From assembly GCA_010093705.1 (NCBI GenBank), contig MU006106.1, forward strand, positions 523,086 through 587,085: a DNA stretch of 64,000 nucleotides, read 5' to 3'. This document shows, piece after piece, positions 50,301 to 63,677 of this stretch. How positions within the stretch are numbered: position 1 is the stretch's first letter; each line of letters begins with the position of its first letter. This DNA is from Patellaria atrata CBS 101060. Its lineage: Eukaryota. The position numbers and the translations under genes were made by a program. A model generated the notes under the pieces. The model saw only the letters and a program-made list of their open reading frames with translations, was not told the origin of the DNA and did no database searches.

Positions 50301-53289
50301 TCATTACCCCAGGAAATAATGTTAGTGCTTAACGGGGGAACTTCTGGCTCGTTTGGACCTCCAGGAGTTGCGGTATATCACAATTATCGGTCGCGAAACC
50401 GAAAACAACCATTATCATTCAAATACTCATTAGGGATGTTCCCGCTGGCCGCATCGGTTCGAACTGATTTCTTTAGCCTCGCATTGGGGGACAAGATCAA
50501 TAAAGGGATTTGAAATGATTGTTTCGCTGGTGGCAAAGTTAACATGCTTGAGACTATGGAATCGTCATAAAGCTTAGAGATGGCCAGAAGGAGTTATTCA
50601 GTCAGCATCCTCTCAGCTCCGGATAAGGCTGAATGCGTTCGCGAACCGCCTGATTGATTTCAATATGCGCCGATTTGACCATGGTATACACACCTCCCTA
50701 GGCTCGATATCTCGGCCACAACTTTCATACAAGATTTGTTTTTCTTTCAGTAAATCATTTCATGGACGGCTCTAGATGCGCAATACGACTTTCATTGTCT
50801 TCCTACCACTGTAGCGAACCAGTTCTCGGGTATTTATTACCCTCTTACCCATAACCGAATGGCGGTGGGAGATTTGAGATTAGCAGCAAATGTCATATTC
50901 ATGAACACCCACTGTTCCCTTTGTGGGCCTAGACTCCGTCAAGGAATTGGATTCCATAAAGACAGAAGACTATTGCTAGCCCTAGTGGGAGTCTTGAAAA
51001 TTTGATCGTGGCCATGCTATTATGATAGCGGTTTGGAGATACGATTTGTGATTTCTGCGACTTGCTTCAGACATTCGGTCGAGTGGTTGAAAGGGACCGG
51101 AATTCGAGTTGGTCTATGATCTTGAGCCCCTCAAATTGGGTTTAAGACAAGACAACGTTAGATGACACGGGTTACCTACGGAATATTTATGCCGTTTGGA
51201 GGCGCGCAGTCATCTCTCAAACATTTACATATTTACATTGTTAAAAACACACTTCCGTCCCGTAAGAACTGGAAATCACTGGTCAATTCTCGTTCGGGGT
51301 TTAGATGCGAAATTGGCAGATTCCTAGTTCTCTCCCGTCTTGTGGGGACTATCACATATATTTTCTTCCTGGGGCGGAAACAGAGATGTAAGCTCGTCGC
51401 GGTTAGGGGATCGCGGACTGACTGATAACTTTTTGGCAATTCCATTCTGTGAGTGGTGACTATCCCTATAGTTTTTGAGATCAAGAGATTCAGTACTCAA
51501 CCAATTTGGATGCAGGGAACTTTACTGCGTTCCCTCTTGCAACTGTATAATCGCTTGTTCCCGAAATGACCAAAATAACGGCTCACGAGTGTGTCTCAAG
51601 AGCTATTGGGAGGTTTTAGTCCAAAGAATGCGGCTCTACGAGAGCTATATTTCCGCGAGATGAGACTCTATGAAGCCGCTGTGTGAACAAGACCATCAAA
51701 AAGGAACGACTTTTACAAGACTTGGGGATGTGTATTTTCCCGAAGGATTCGGATTTAATCATCATCGCGGCGGCCAAACTTACACATTAATGTGATCATT
51801 TAAATGAGGTGTTAAGATCTGTATCCCTAATTTGTTTGAAAGATCCGCCGTTTTTCGCTAATAAACAAGTAAGTGGAGCAAATAGTAGGAGGTGCCACTG
51901 AGTACGAAAAATAAGTAAGGTTATCGAAAGAAACAGAGGGGAAGGAGAGTGGTTTTAACGTCGAAGATTGCTGCTTCTGTAATTTTCGGAGTCTATGGAA
52001 TGTGAGCGGCCTCTAGTAATTGTGTTCCAACTATCTAGTCCAGATGCTATCTACAATCAAGATAAAGAAGAAGAGAAGAGTCTGAAGGCAGGTTTGAGGA
52101 AAATATTACTGGCTGATCTTCGGATGCAGGGCGCGCTCATACCACTAGGCTCTAGCCTGTTACATGGAACAGTTAGCTTTCTTGTTATCTCCCTTCGGTC
52201 TTGGTAAAGAATTGATATTTCCGTATGACCCTGTATCGAATTGGATAATAAGTTAAACGACCCGATTACCTCCAGAAGCCAGTCCTTCAAACAGTGTTGC
52301 TAGGCAAGGTCTTTTCGCAAAAATAGCTCTTCCTTTCAAGATGTCTTCCAGTCATTACCGATTCGGTCATTCACGTATATTCCTCAACTATCCCCTCAAC
52401 AACGTGATATGTGTTCCGGATCGGATCGGAATGACATGGCGCAGGATTCTGGAGTTGTTGCTATCATTTGCATATACTTATCTCAGTGCGAGGCCTGTGT
52501 CATCGTAGCTAACCTCTCAGCTTCGAAGCTAGGGTGAGATTCACCCGTTTTTGTTTAACCGAAACATCGCAAATTGGATTCTTCTTTCTAGAAATATATG
52601 CAGGAAGTGGGTCTCGTTCTCTTGATGTCATGGCCTAGCATTGTACTGCACTACCCGCAAGATACATGAACGGGTCATTCTCTTTCTGGTTCTCCTTAAC
52701 CACAGAACATTCTCAATCATTTACTGTCTCTCGACGGTTAAAGTATTGTCATAAATACACGCATGTTGAACAATATTCATCGGACTCGTTTAGGAAGTTA
52801 GAAGACCTTAGAACATGGGTTCAGAGGAAAAGTGACACCAAAGAAATATTGCGGAGCAGTCGCGGAGACGGTGAAAGAGATTCTGATAAAGAAATATATC
52901 TTACTCAAAATCCTCCTCTGGATATTTCAACTTGGCTGGGTCGGCCCGATTCCTGGGAACATGTTACCGTAGCTATCTCAAGGCATTCGCGAGAGGGATA
53001 ACATGAGGAAACCGGCCATTTTGGGATTCGGCCAACTTTTCCCAACACTACGTTCGGGAATCAGGACTGTAGCAAAAACTTCCCAAAGTTCTAAAGAGCG
53101 AAGATTTTTATGCCAATATTCTTCGAACAGTGGCTTGCCTGAATCTAATTCTCTTCTTGGAGCGCCAGTCTCTAATCAATCTACCCTTCTCAATCTCCAT
53201 TTCTTAGGAGATATTGTCCAACGCACAGGGCTCGGGATTCAACATATTCTAGGGCGCTGGACATTGGTGAAATTGAGGGTCACGCAAGG

Positions 53290-53326
53290 TGGCTGGATAT
53301 CAGATGGCTGGATATCAGATGGTTGG
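53290..53326. repeat. 15-bp tandem duplication (TGGCTGGATATCAGA x2 plus partial copy)
   Basis: Read directly from the sequence. Confidence 0.7.
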
Positions 53327-56300
53327 GGACCAGGATAAGTGAGATGGTTAAGCAGGCAATACTATAAAATAGCACAGGCACCCACTCCAGATAGTAGACA
53401 ATCAATGAACACTCTTACCCTTCTATCTACTACCTTAGCTCATCCCTGTGTGGATTTTATCAGACATTAATTGAGATGATCCTCGTAATATGATCTCTGT
53501 TGACAACTGTTCTTCAGATCAACCGTCTTATTCCTACTAATATTGCTCAGTTCAACTGGCAAGTATTGCTTGAAATTACCGCTTTGGAATTGTGTCTCTA
53601 TTAGAACGGAAATACCGTGAGATGAAACCAAATAACAGAATCTATTGATAAGCATGGGTATCAAAAATAACCAGAGTTTGTTTCTATGACAGGACAATGG
53701 CCCCTCATTCTCGGAAAGCTACACACTCAAAACGCTTCCTGCCCTTTAAGCTAGGGTTTAGTATCCCCTGGTGGAGTTAGTTGTTATGGTTCAACCTCAG
53801 ATGGAAGCTGAAAGGTATATTGCTATATGTGCATGAAGCTTAAACTTAAGGAAAGAAAGTGTTAAGACAGCATATGCTGTTCTGCTAAAGTATAGTATGA
53901 CTAAGCCGCTGGATCATCCAAGGCACTTATACCTATCGGGTCTAACCCGTGACATTGGTCACTCCTACTGTGAAACGGAGCAATCGCTGGTGTAGAACAA
54001 GGATAGAATAAATTACGAAACCACCTGTTTTCTAAGAGGACTCCACAAATAATGACTTAGATTACAAAGTCTGCCTTCAAAACATACCCTAGACAGGAAA
54101 TATTTTCCACTCTGGTCCTTCGGTTATCATTCGAATCCAATTCTCCGGTTTCTGGTCTCGCGGTTTCTATGGGGAGAAGAGGCGCATTCCTTCACGAGGT
54201 TATTCCTATTGAGCATGTTACTTCTCCTTTTCGGGATCTGTTGTCCTGTTCCTTCCTTTCGGGCCTCCAATCCCAGGAAGAATATGTGTTTACCATAATC
54301 ATGATTATTATCCGCTGACTACGATATCATTGGACCTTTACTCATAACTGATCGACATACTAACACAATTATTCTACTTCAATATCCACCACGAATTCTT
54401 CTCCACAATATATTGTTCCGTCTTTGAATCACGGAAGTAGCATGAAAGTATTCGTTTCCGCATTTGGAATAATATCCCCCCCCTCCTCGCGACTCACCCC
54501 GATCCGTATGAATGTATACCACGGCCTATTCCCAGCGGATCAGTGCCGCCGAAGTCAGCTAGCATTCTTCCACTCTGCTAATCTTATAACCTCTGCTCTC
54601 ACCGTTCTCCTGTTGATTCTGGTTGCGGAATTTTTAACCGCAACAACATTCTCGGAAGGCTCGAGGTTAATTGGTAGGGTCTCAGTTCTCTTACTGAGCT
54701 TAAAGACCATTACTGTCCTGTACATTGACGGACATTCGTATTGTCTAACCTTCGTGCTGTTCGTCCTGGTTATTCCGTCAAGGTTTTATTAAGAAGCTTT
54801 AAATGTGTTGAAGCAACGAAGTATTTGCATTGAAGAGCTCTTCTCGTCCGCAGATCCCTAATTTTTTCGGCCTTTAGATCATACCTTTCTCCTTATACAC
54901 AGCTACATACCTATCACACGATTAGGCATCCACTAATTGCGAGCATGGCATTGCATGAGATGTGCCTCGCACTTTGCTTGCAATTCTCGTCCTTAAATAC
55001 GGTGTGCCAGAGAGTTCGTATCGGCTATACTGGAAAGTCTCTATTATTGTTCAACTCATATCTGTGCTATTGGAATATTGAAAAGAATGTGCTCGGCCAT
55101 CGCACTCTTTCCTTTCTCCAGGAAATGAACTTTAGAAGAGAGAGAACTGAATTAACACCCCTAACGGATCAGGTGTTCCATTGCTCTAGTTCAGCTTGAG
55201 TAGCACTTAGAGGTTTAGGAAGGAGAACACAGAAATAGGATCCTAGCCCATTTCTGTTGGGTTTTCTGCCCTTTTACTCTCCCAGGAAAATAGGAAATAT
55301 TCCGTTTGAGTATAAAGTGATAGATAGGTCCGCTCGAAGAGTTGCGTGAATGTGGCTTTCAGAACAATACAGAGAAGGGAGAATCTCGTGCTGAGTACCT
55401 CCATACTTTGTCCGTTTCAAAGGAGAGAAACGTACGTTCTAAACTCCCATTATGAGCAACGAAGAGTAGCACAAATGTGGGACCCATTGAGACAACCCAA
55501 CCAGACCCGTTCCGCGTTACGGAAGAGTCCGGCGCGAAACATAAAAAAGCTTTTCTTTGAACTTATTGCCACCTCTGCGTGCTGGATTGTTTGAGCCTAG
55601 CAACACATTCCCTCATACAGAATCATTGGTAGTGATTAAAGATCTGGCGACTCACAACGACTACAAAAAGAAATTGTGGTGTGGATGAGGGCCTAGCTCT
55701 GGAGATTTCATTCATCAAGGTTTTATTCGGCGAACGAGTGGTGAACATACAAGAAGAGACAACAAGTTAACTATATTCATTCTTCCTGCGTGCTAGAGCT
55801 TTCGAATCCTAGAAAGACCCCTCTATTCTCGAATTATGTCGCGTGATGGTTATATCCGTCTGGCCCCGGGGAGGTGAAGATGACATAGGCAGATACTTTT
55901 ACACAGCAAACATTCTCCGCTGTGAGGGAAACCTGATACAAAATGGCAGATTCTCCGTCCCGTCTATTAGATCCTCAAAATTCCTACCTTCGAGCGTTAT
56001 TCTCCTTATCCATTGCCATCAGCGCTTTCCACTTACCATATTCATGCAGGACGCGGTATGAACGTATGAAAGATAACCAAGAACGTCTCTGATTCTCTAG
56101 GATGAGGGAGGTCTGAGAAAAAGAGTGTTAGAGAGACAACAAGAGAAGTTATACTTTCTATTCTCCCTGCCGGATTCTCGGAAGTCTAGCACCATAGACA
56201 GACATAATTTTCGATTCTCCGTGGATCAAACTAAATCTATTCCTGTCCTCGGGTAGCTATCCGATGCATTTTCTGGATGCCTCAACCATGAGCCGGTATC

Positions 56301-57302
56301 CCATCTCGGATCTGTGTATTCCGTCCCTGTGCGGACTGTTACATTAGAACTCAATACCACAAAATCAGTGGTTATCATTGGAGCTCATGTGCGTTCAACT
56401 CATTGACCTCCAATCATCATCATTGGGGCACTTGCACACCCAACTCATTGGCATCCAATCACATTCCGGTACCAACGTCAAGAGCCGCTTCATTCCACGA
56501 TTCGTGATTCTCTAGGGAGAAAACGGCATCCATCAACCTCCCGGAGATATTGCGGGGCTCCATAGAGACACAGACGTTGAGGTGATTTTGACCCCGTGCG
56601 CCGCAGCACCACCACCCCAGCAAGCCATTGTTGGGAGAGAAAATTCGAGACGTTCTATTGGCGAAAGTTGATTACGGCATGGCCATTGAGATCGGGGGGA
56701 GTTGGACGGAAACTCTGTCCCTAGCTTTTCAACACCATTTCGGGGTTGAAGAGAAAACCGCCAACAAAGCTGAGAAGTGAGCATTCGGCATTCTTTACAT
56801 TCAAGATGATCAGGGCCGTTGAACACGACGTTAGGTTAAACCTACGCTCACCTTATCATTTTGCCCCGTGTGTCGCTGGAGCCAGTGTCAATGAACACAA
56901 CCAGCACATTGAGAAATTATCCCGTCCGCTCCTCACAGATTTCATGGAATAGTAGGGGCTTCTAGATCTCGTATTGTGGTGGTTCTTTAATGCTTGGGAT
57001 TCACACCAATCAGCCCTGGGATGCACTGGGAACTGAACGGTGCTGGCCGCGTAGGGCCTATTGTCCCCCTGGAGCTGACGCATTGCGCCGTACATATTGC
57101 GGATAATAGCGTATTGAACAATATGTCATTCATTTGGAACATCACCTTACTTATCGATATCTCCTCCGCTAATTAGCATGAGAAAAGCTTTAGAAATATA
57201 GCATTTCCAAAGAACCAACTGAAAGAACTTAAATTGATACTCAAAACCGGCAGCAACTTCATTAATCCACATCACACCTCGCTTTCATACGCACAAGGAT
57301 AC

Positions 57303-58568
57303 CTATTCCCACTTTAGCTCCTTCTTCTTCAACATATCCATTCTCCCCTCTTCAAGCATCCTCTTGGCGGTAACCCTCGTCGGGTAGTTCCGCATAAACA
57401 TATTCGTAAAATGGGTTCCATAATGGATCCCCTCCTCCTCCGGCCGCTTCAATGGTCTCATTACCGCCGAGAAGTTCGGTTCGTGGAAGTAGGCAAGAGC
57501 GAAGCGTTCGCGAGTATTGAGGCCGACTTTGTGAGGAGTCGAGGGGAGGTAGGAGTCGGTAACGTATTGCATCATATCGCCTGTGATGGTGTAAGAAAGC
57601 TATAGTCTTGGGAAATGTTTCATTACATTTGGGGAGATGCTATTGGACGTACCTGGAAACACAGTAAATACGCCTGGAACGGGAGGGACGTAGACCCATC
57701 CCTCGTCGTCCTCCTTGAGGCCGGCGGCACTAGTTTCCCAGTTCGCGACTTTCTCACCGTCGTAAGGTGGTCTGATGTACAGTCCCCCAATATGCTCTTG
57801 CGCGGCGATAACGAGCAATCCGTAGTCTGTGTGACTCCCGATTCCGCGGCCGGTTTTCCCTTTGCCGTTCGTCTTGTCAATTTGCGGGAAACGGAGGACG
57901 CGCATGTGATGCCAGCCATCTCGAGTAAACTTCGAAAAACTATCTATTGGTATGTTCAGACCTAGGGCGATGAGTTGAAGGATTTTCTCGCCTCCGTCGC
58001 CGAGGTAGGCCATGTATGCATTCATGGTATTCTGCATTTCCTCGGATGGCCAGGGGCATGGACCATGGCAAGGCCACTTCTGCTGAACTCGGGGATCGGA
58101 GAGAGGTAGATCCTTCGTCACCGTAAAGATTTCGGAATAGTCGGCGACGCCATCGGTAATCTCTTCTCCAGAGGCTATGTACCCGGAGAAGCTTTGATCA
58201 TCAACATATTTCTCCTTTTCACGACAGGGACGGGCGAAGAATTGTTTGCTGGCGTTGAAAGCGTTGTCGGCGAGGATTTGGTCCACTGGATCCATAGCAA
58301 CTTGTAAAATTCCATCTTTGTGCCAGGCGTCAATCATAGATTTAGCGAGCGCTTTGTCTCCTGGTGTTCCTTCGACGACTTTGGGGAGCACATATGTCTC
58401 AAAGTTTCCCACAGTGGCCTTATGTAGAGGAGGCATGTCCAATAAGTAATCAGTCTTAGTCGCGAAAGATCTAGTCCTTCTAGAAAGGGATAGGGGAAGT
58501 CGTGCGAATAACGCTGGCGACCTTAGCCGCACGTGGAGAGCCGACATAGGTAAAATTCCGGAGAACAT
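57303..58568 (-). CDS. efe: 2-oxoglutarate/Fe(II)-dependent ethylene/succinate-forming enzyme, 397 aa, with mitochondrial presequence; complement(join(57303..57580,57653..58568))
   Basis: Collinear with Pseudomonas syringae EFE as I recall it: AWHKDGI, SGYIASGEEIT, EIFTVTKDL, WPCHGPCPWP, DGWHHMRVLRFP, RGIGSHTDYGLLVIAAQ (HxD), GGLYIRPP, TVFPGD, STPHKV (His), RERFALAYFHEPNF and IHYGTHFTNMFMRNYP. Intron 57652-57581 (GTACGT..CAG). Confidence 0.96.
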
Positions 58569-59456
58569 AATGTATCTTTCTCACTTAGTGTGCCCCTTGA
58601 TAATTGAGAAGTTAAAATCTTTGAATCTTTCTACTCGTAGGTCTCAAGTTGTTTAAAACGAAGTGTGCCCATGGGCGCAGTTCAAGCATTTGAAATAGCT
58701 TATCAACCCCTGACCACACCCTTCGCAGAGTCGGTATCCATCCCTAAGACAACTCTCTTGGCCTCAATAGGCCATTCTCGCGTTCTGGGAAAGATCTCCA
58801 GGAAGAAGGTTGCACATTATCCTCCATGAACACATCGTGATCATAGGCTCCAGAAACGTGGCTGGTATAGATCGTGCTGGGGAGGGCAAAGAAAATGATC
58901 TATGATATGGTTCAGACCTCATGGCTCTTACGATGCATTCAACCACAACTCGGTAAATGAGGTGATGTTAAGACATGAACCTGTCGATGTTTGAATTTCA
59001 ATATCTTGGAAACGTACAAATAACAGGTAGGAGAAGCATTTCGCATGTAGGCGAGGCTGAAAGACTATCTTCACACATCCCTCCTTCGATATTCTGTTCT
59101 CCCCATGGTTGGAGATATTTAAAATGTTTTCTTGAATAACCAGATGCAACAGCTAAAAACGAGATGGGGAAGATGTTTTGTGGCTTGGACAAGAGGGGAA
59201 GATGGTAACTAAGCAAGATTCTATCACGCTCGGTATCTTTCTGTAGCACACTGAGGGTGAGGTTGAGAATTATACCCTCCTTTGGATTAACTTTGCGGGC
59301 AAGAATCAACATTGCCTTAGAGAACTACTTTGTCATCTGCGGACCATGGCACCCGGACGCCCGGCGTGTAACAGGAAAATGATGTTAGTTTAGAGATAAG
59401 TGATCGACGAGGTGAAGTCGAATTAGAACTAATAGGCGAGAGAAAGCGCCATCATG

Positions 59457-59464
59457 TGACGTCA
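59457..59464. promoter_or_regulatory. Perfect CRE palindrome TGACGTCA (ATF/CREB bZIP site)
   Basis: Lies in the efe / PAF-acetylhydrolase divergent spacer, about 155 bp before the PAF-AH ATG. Confidence 0.4.
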
Positions 59465-59618
59465 ATGAGCGCCGCATCTATAGCTTGGAGAGCTCTGAGG
59501 TAAGGTATACTCACCTTGAAATTCTCAAGTCTCAACTGCATGCCCTACAGATGGTCTACACTCCTCCCGGTCCTGTATATATCTTTATTCAAAATTTTCA
59601 CTTTATATCCTTACCGAC

Positions 59619-61411
59619 ATGCTATGCTCTCTTCGTTTTTCTAATCTGAAAGTGCGTTTCACACTTCGTAATATCCTTATCGTCCTCTTGTCTCTTTCCC
59701 TCTTGAATTACTTCTTTATCAATATGCCACTTTTGACCTCTAGATTACCTCCATACTCTGGACAGTATGAGGTCGGGATCATAGATCTGGAGGCTGAAGT
59801 CCTTGAACCCCGTGTCTTTAGCGATGCTGTTGGAATTAAGGGAGATCCTGTGCTAAAGGTGAGCCAGTACCCTTTTGAGCATCACTGTTCTCCCTGGCCA
59901 TACGACCAACGTCTCATCCTAGCGTGGATGGATGGTATCTACACGGAACATATTCCGTGCTATCTATCATCGTGACATATCCGATTCTAAAAATGACCCA
60001 GCTCGATACCGTTTTCTTCACCCTCTTCTATCCAGCTTCCCACCACCGGGCAGCCGCCAATCGTCCACCCCACCTCTGGCTTCCTCGCCCTATCAGTCTC
60101 GTCGGTGAAGGGTATGCACGCTTCGCTCACATCTACTCGAAGGTCATACATCGTATCTTTACGTTTTTCTTATGGCTGATGGTTGGCTCCACCGAAATCC
60201 CCGCGCTACCTGATGCCCCGATTTACAAGCCCCTCTCGCCGAAACTGACGGTGAATGACGATACTTCTTCGTTCTCCAATATTGAAAGTGGCGATTGCCC
60301 AAAGTTTCCGGTCGTTGTGTTTTCTCACGGGATGGCCGGTATGCGGACGAGTTACACACACTACTGTGGAGAAATTGCAAGTCGCGGGTACGTCGTTGCG
60401 GCCATTGAACATCGAGATGGAAGTGGGCCGGGTTCTATCGTCAGATTTAAAGACTCACCGGATAGGAAAGTGTTGCACATGAACAAGGAAGACCTTCTGT
60501 ATATCATGCTCTATGGTTCCTCTTTCTTTTATGAATATTGACCTTCTGACGTATTGCAGTCGCGAGCCGCCCTTGCTAGATTCAGTAGTCAAGCAGCAAG
60601 AGCTCGCATTCCGCCAAGCTGAAGTCGAGGAAACAATCAGAGTACTCAGAGACATCAATGACGGCCACGGTGCTCAGATCCAACGGGAAAACCCGCGTCT
60701 TGAAGGCTTAGGCTTTCCAGACTGGGAGGGGAGGCTAGATTTGACCCAGGCGGTTATTGCAGGTCATTCCTATGGCGCGACACTTGCGCTTCAAACTCTT
60801 AAGGCCGGACCAAACAAACTGCGGCCGTTCAGAGGTGCGATTATCCTAGATCCGTGAGTTATCCTTTCCCGCAGAATACGCTTGGTTGCTAATTTCCTCA
60901 CTCCAATAGAGGAAAGGCCAGTGGACCGTTAAACCACGATATCAATGTTCCCACTCTCATCATTAACTCAGGTACCTGGACAAGTCGTCAAACAGACTTT
61001 TATGGAAAGCCGCACTTCCAAGCAGTCAAAGACCTTATCCAAGGTGTCATCAGTGGTGGCAAAGCTGCGTGGTTCGTTACATTGTGTAAGCAATTCCAAT
61101 CCCGCCTCGTCATAAGCATAAGACTGAATAAGAATCTAGTGGGCACATCCCATCCTTCCTGTACCGATGCGCCGATCATTGCGAAACTGCTTTTGAAATT
61201 GGTTACTAGCACTACCTTGGGTTCTATGAAAGCATTGCAGAAGTATGTAGAGATATCATATGACTTCATGCAGTTTTTAGACGACGGCAAGAGACGTAAT
61301 GTGCTTACTGAGAACGCTACGAGCCCTGATGGACCGCTTGGTGAAGATAGAGGAGAAAGAGGTAAAGACGTGACGGGCTTTTGGCAAATCCATGTCGCTC
61401 CTGAAAGGTAA
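59619..61411 (+). CDS. PAF-acetylhydrolase type II / phospholipase A2 family hydrolase; join(59619..59858,60002..60498,60560..60853,60910..61085,61140..61411)
   Basis: N-terminal hydrophobic segment, LPPYSGQYEVG, FTLFYPA, FPVVVFSHGMAG, GYVVAAIEHRDGS, QQELAFRQAEV, GHSYG (Ser), ILDP (Asp) and GTSHPS (His). Four in-frame introns. Confidence 0.92.
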
Positions 61412-63677
61412 CATGATTTGTAGATGTACATACTGTAAATATGAAAAATGAGATGAAATGGCATGTGTTGCGAAACTTCAATCATTGACAGTTGAGCAAG
61501 ACATTGAATATATACGAGAGAATTAGTGATTAATATCAACAAAAGCGCGGAATAAAAACCCGGATATGCAATGTTTCGAACTAGATTATCTATGAATTAA
61601 TATATTTCAGTACAGACGTTAACAGTATCCTAGGATTTATGATGGAAGTTAAAAATGAAGAATATAGAATCACCTTTTATCATTTAGGCATACCTTTGAT
61701 TATTGAGTTTACCAGACTGATTCAACAACAACCTGATATTGATACAGATGGTAGGTCATCATTCTACACTTTGCGGAATCTGGTTTGGGACGTACCTTGG
61801 GAAAACGATGTAAACCTTTCTGTATGAAATGCACAGAGCAGCTATATCCCGAAGTAGGATGACTGCAGAACAGTTTTCGGCAAATGGTAGTTGTTACTGA
61901 AGCTTGTGTTTAAAATGAAAAGTTACGTCAGCTATGGCCTTGAAACTTCTATAGGAATACGGCCCGAATTTTCCGTAGAGGCCAGCCAGCTAGAAGCATA
62001 GAAGGTAATCTAGTTGAGATCATAGAGAGTTCCATTGGAAGGCCTGGTGAGACAAATTAATCCGACCTTCCTAAGCATTGATCGACGTAAGCAGCTTTTT
62101 GAGTCTGCTATCCATGCGCAAGGTAATGATACGGTAGCTGTGGCCTTACAAGAACACCTGACTCACGAAAGGTTCCGTCACTGCCACACTGTAACCAGAA
62201 CTTCTGGTGTCGCATTGACGACTCGGCTATGAATGCCTATCGACCAGAATCTGGGTACGGTACGGTAGATGGGGTCGAACTAACTCCCCGCATTGAGATC
62301 TAAATCTGCCGGTTTAAAGTTTGAAACCAAGTGCTGCATCTTGAAAAAACACTGTTCTTATAGATGTTCGTTGATGATATTGCTATAATTTGATGAGTTA
62401 TGAGCTTATTAACCTAGGATTGGACGGACATCGCGGTCGCTCCCGGTCCTGTAGAACGAAGCTTGGACAATCTGATGGCATTTGATATTTCGCATTATCA
62501 TAGCAGTAGCTTGTGAGACAAACTACCGTAACCGGGGGCTTATTTGCTAGTTATTGGACGCCCAAGGATGTCTGGATAGAATAGTACGAAACGCACTTCT
62601 TCACTGGGGAGTAGGGACCGACATACTTGATAGATTCTACGCAGGATGAGCTTCTGCAAGCCGTTTTGTGAAGGTGTGAACAAGAGAATTGGCAGCAACT
62701 AGAAAGGATTCCAGCTTACTCTACTGCAGGGAGACCAAAGTTTGCAGACTCACACGTGTTTGCGTATCGGTTGATAAGTTTCAACGCCAGTTGTCATTCT
62801 TTGCATAGCTAGTGAGTCGCACCAGAACGAATCGGTTGCTTGCGGTTTCTGTGTAAGGTCATGATGTCTCTTGGTCCTTATGTGAGAATGTGAGTAACGA
62901 TGCTGAAACTTTGATCATCGGGAGGTTGAAGAACGGAAGGTAAAAGACATATCCGACAAGATTTGTAGTGGTTTTTGGACGCACTCGACGCGTCTATGAA
63001 CACCACTTGGCCGTTCATCAGATCTTCAAATTCTGCCATTTTCCTACAGGGTAGTAGATGAGTAAATTGTCATGATTGGTCAAAATATTCGGCAGATGCA
63101 GAATTATGTAGAATAAACGTGGCAGCCACTCATTGCTTTTGGAAATGGCAACGGTATGGGTATTTTGGCAAATCAGCAATAAGAATTATTGCGATTTTAT
63201 ATCATTTTAGCATGATTTACTCCACACTCAGGAGTAAAGACTAGACAGGCCCAAGGACTTTTGACGATGAACAGCCGGATAGAGTTCTTGATGAGAGACA
63301 GCGAGGAGTCGTGAAGTAACTACTGCCGGTTATTGATGTCTCGACGATAGGCTTGTTTCATGATATGTATTGTACTCCCAATTGTGCCTTCACGGCGCGA
63401 ATTCCACCAAAAGGAGTAATCCGTTATGCTGTCTCAATACTTTCGTGAACGCAATTCGCCCTGGTTACTGGGTCTCTTTTTCGGTGACTTGTGCTGTACC
63501 GCGCTATTGAGGTCTCAATTATCACCCATTCCTATGTCCTATGCGGATGGTATAGTACAGTATATAGTCTGCCTTGACGATTCGATACGTAGAAATAAGT
63601 GTTGGCTTGACACCGTTGATGTATGACTTGATTCATGAGTTGTCCTAGAGATTTAAAGAGTTCCTAAAGGTCGTAGG

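Noticed and set aside
57303..61411. Secondary-metabolite cluster around the 2OG oxygenase
   Set aside because: There is no PKS, NRPS, terpene synthase, transporter or cluster regulator nearby in the window.
62600..63039. Possible RING-finger remnant on the - strand (CRIC, CSHLH, QVCR)
   Set aside because: The motifs are in different frames and widely spaced, too weak to call without a profile search.
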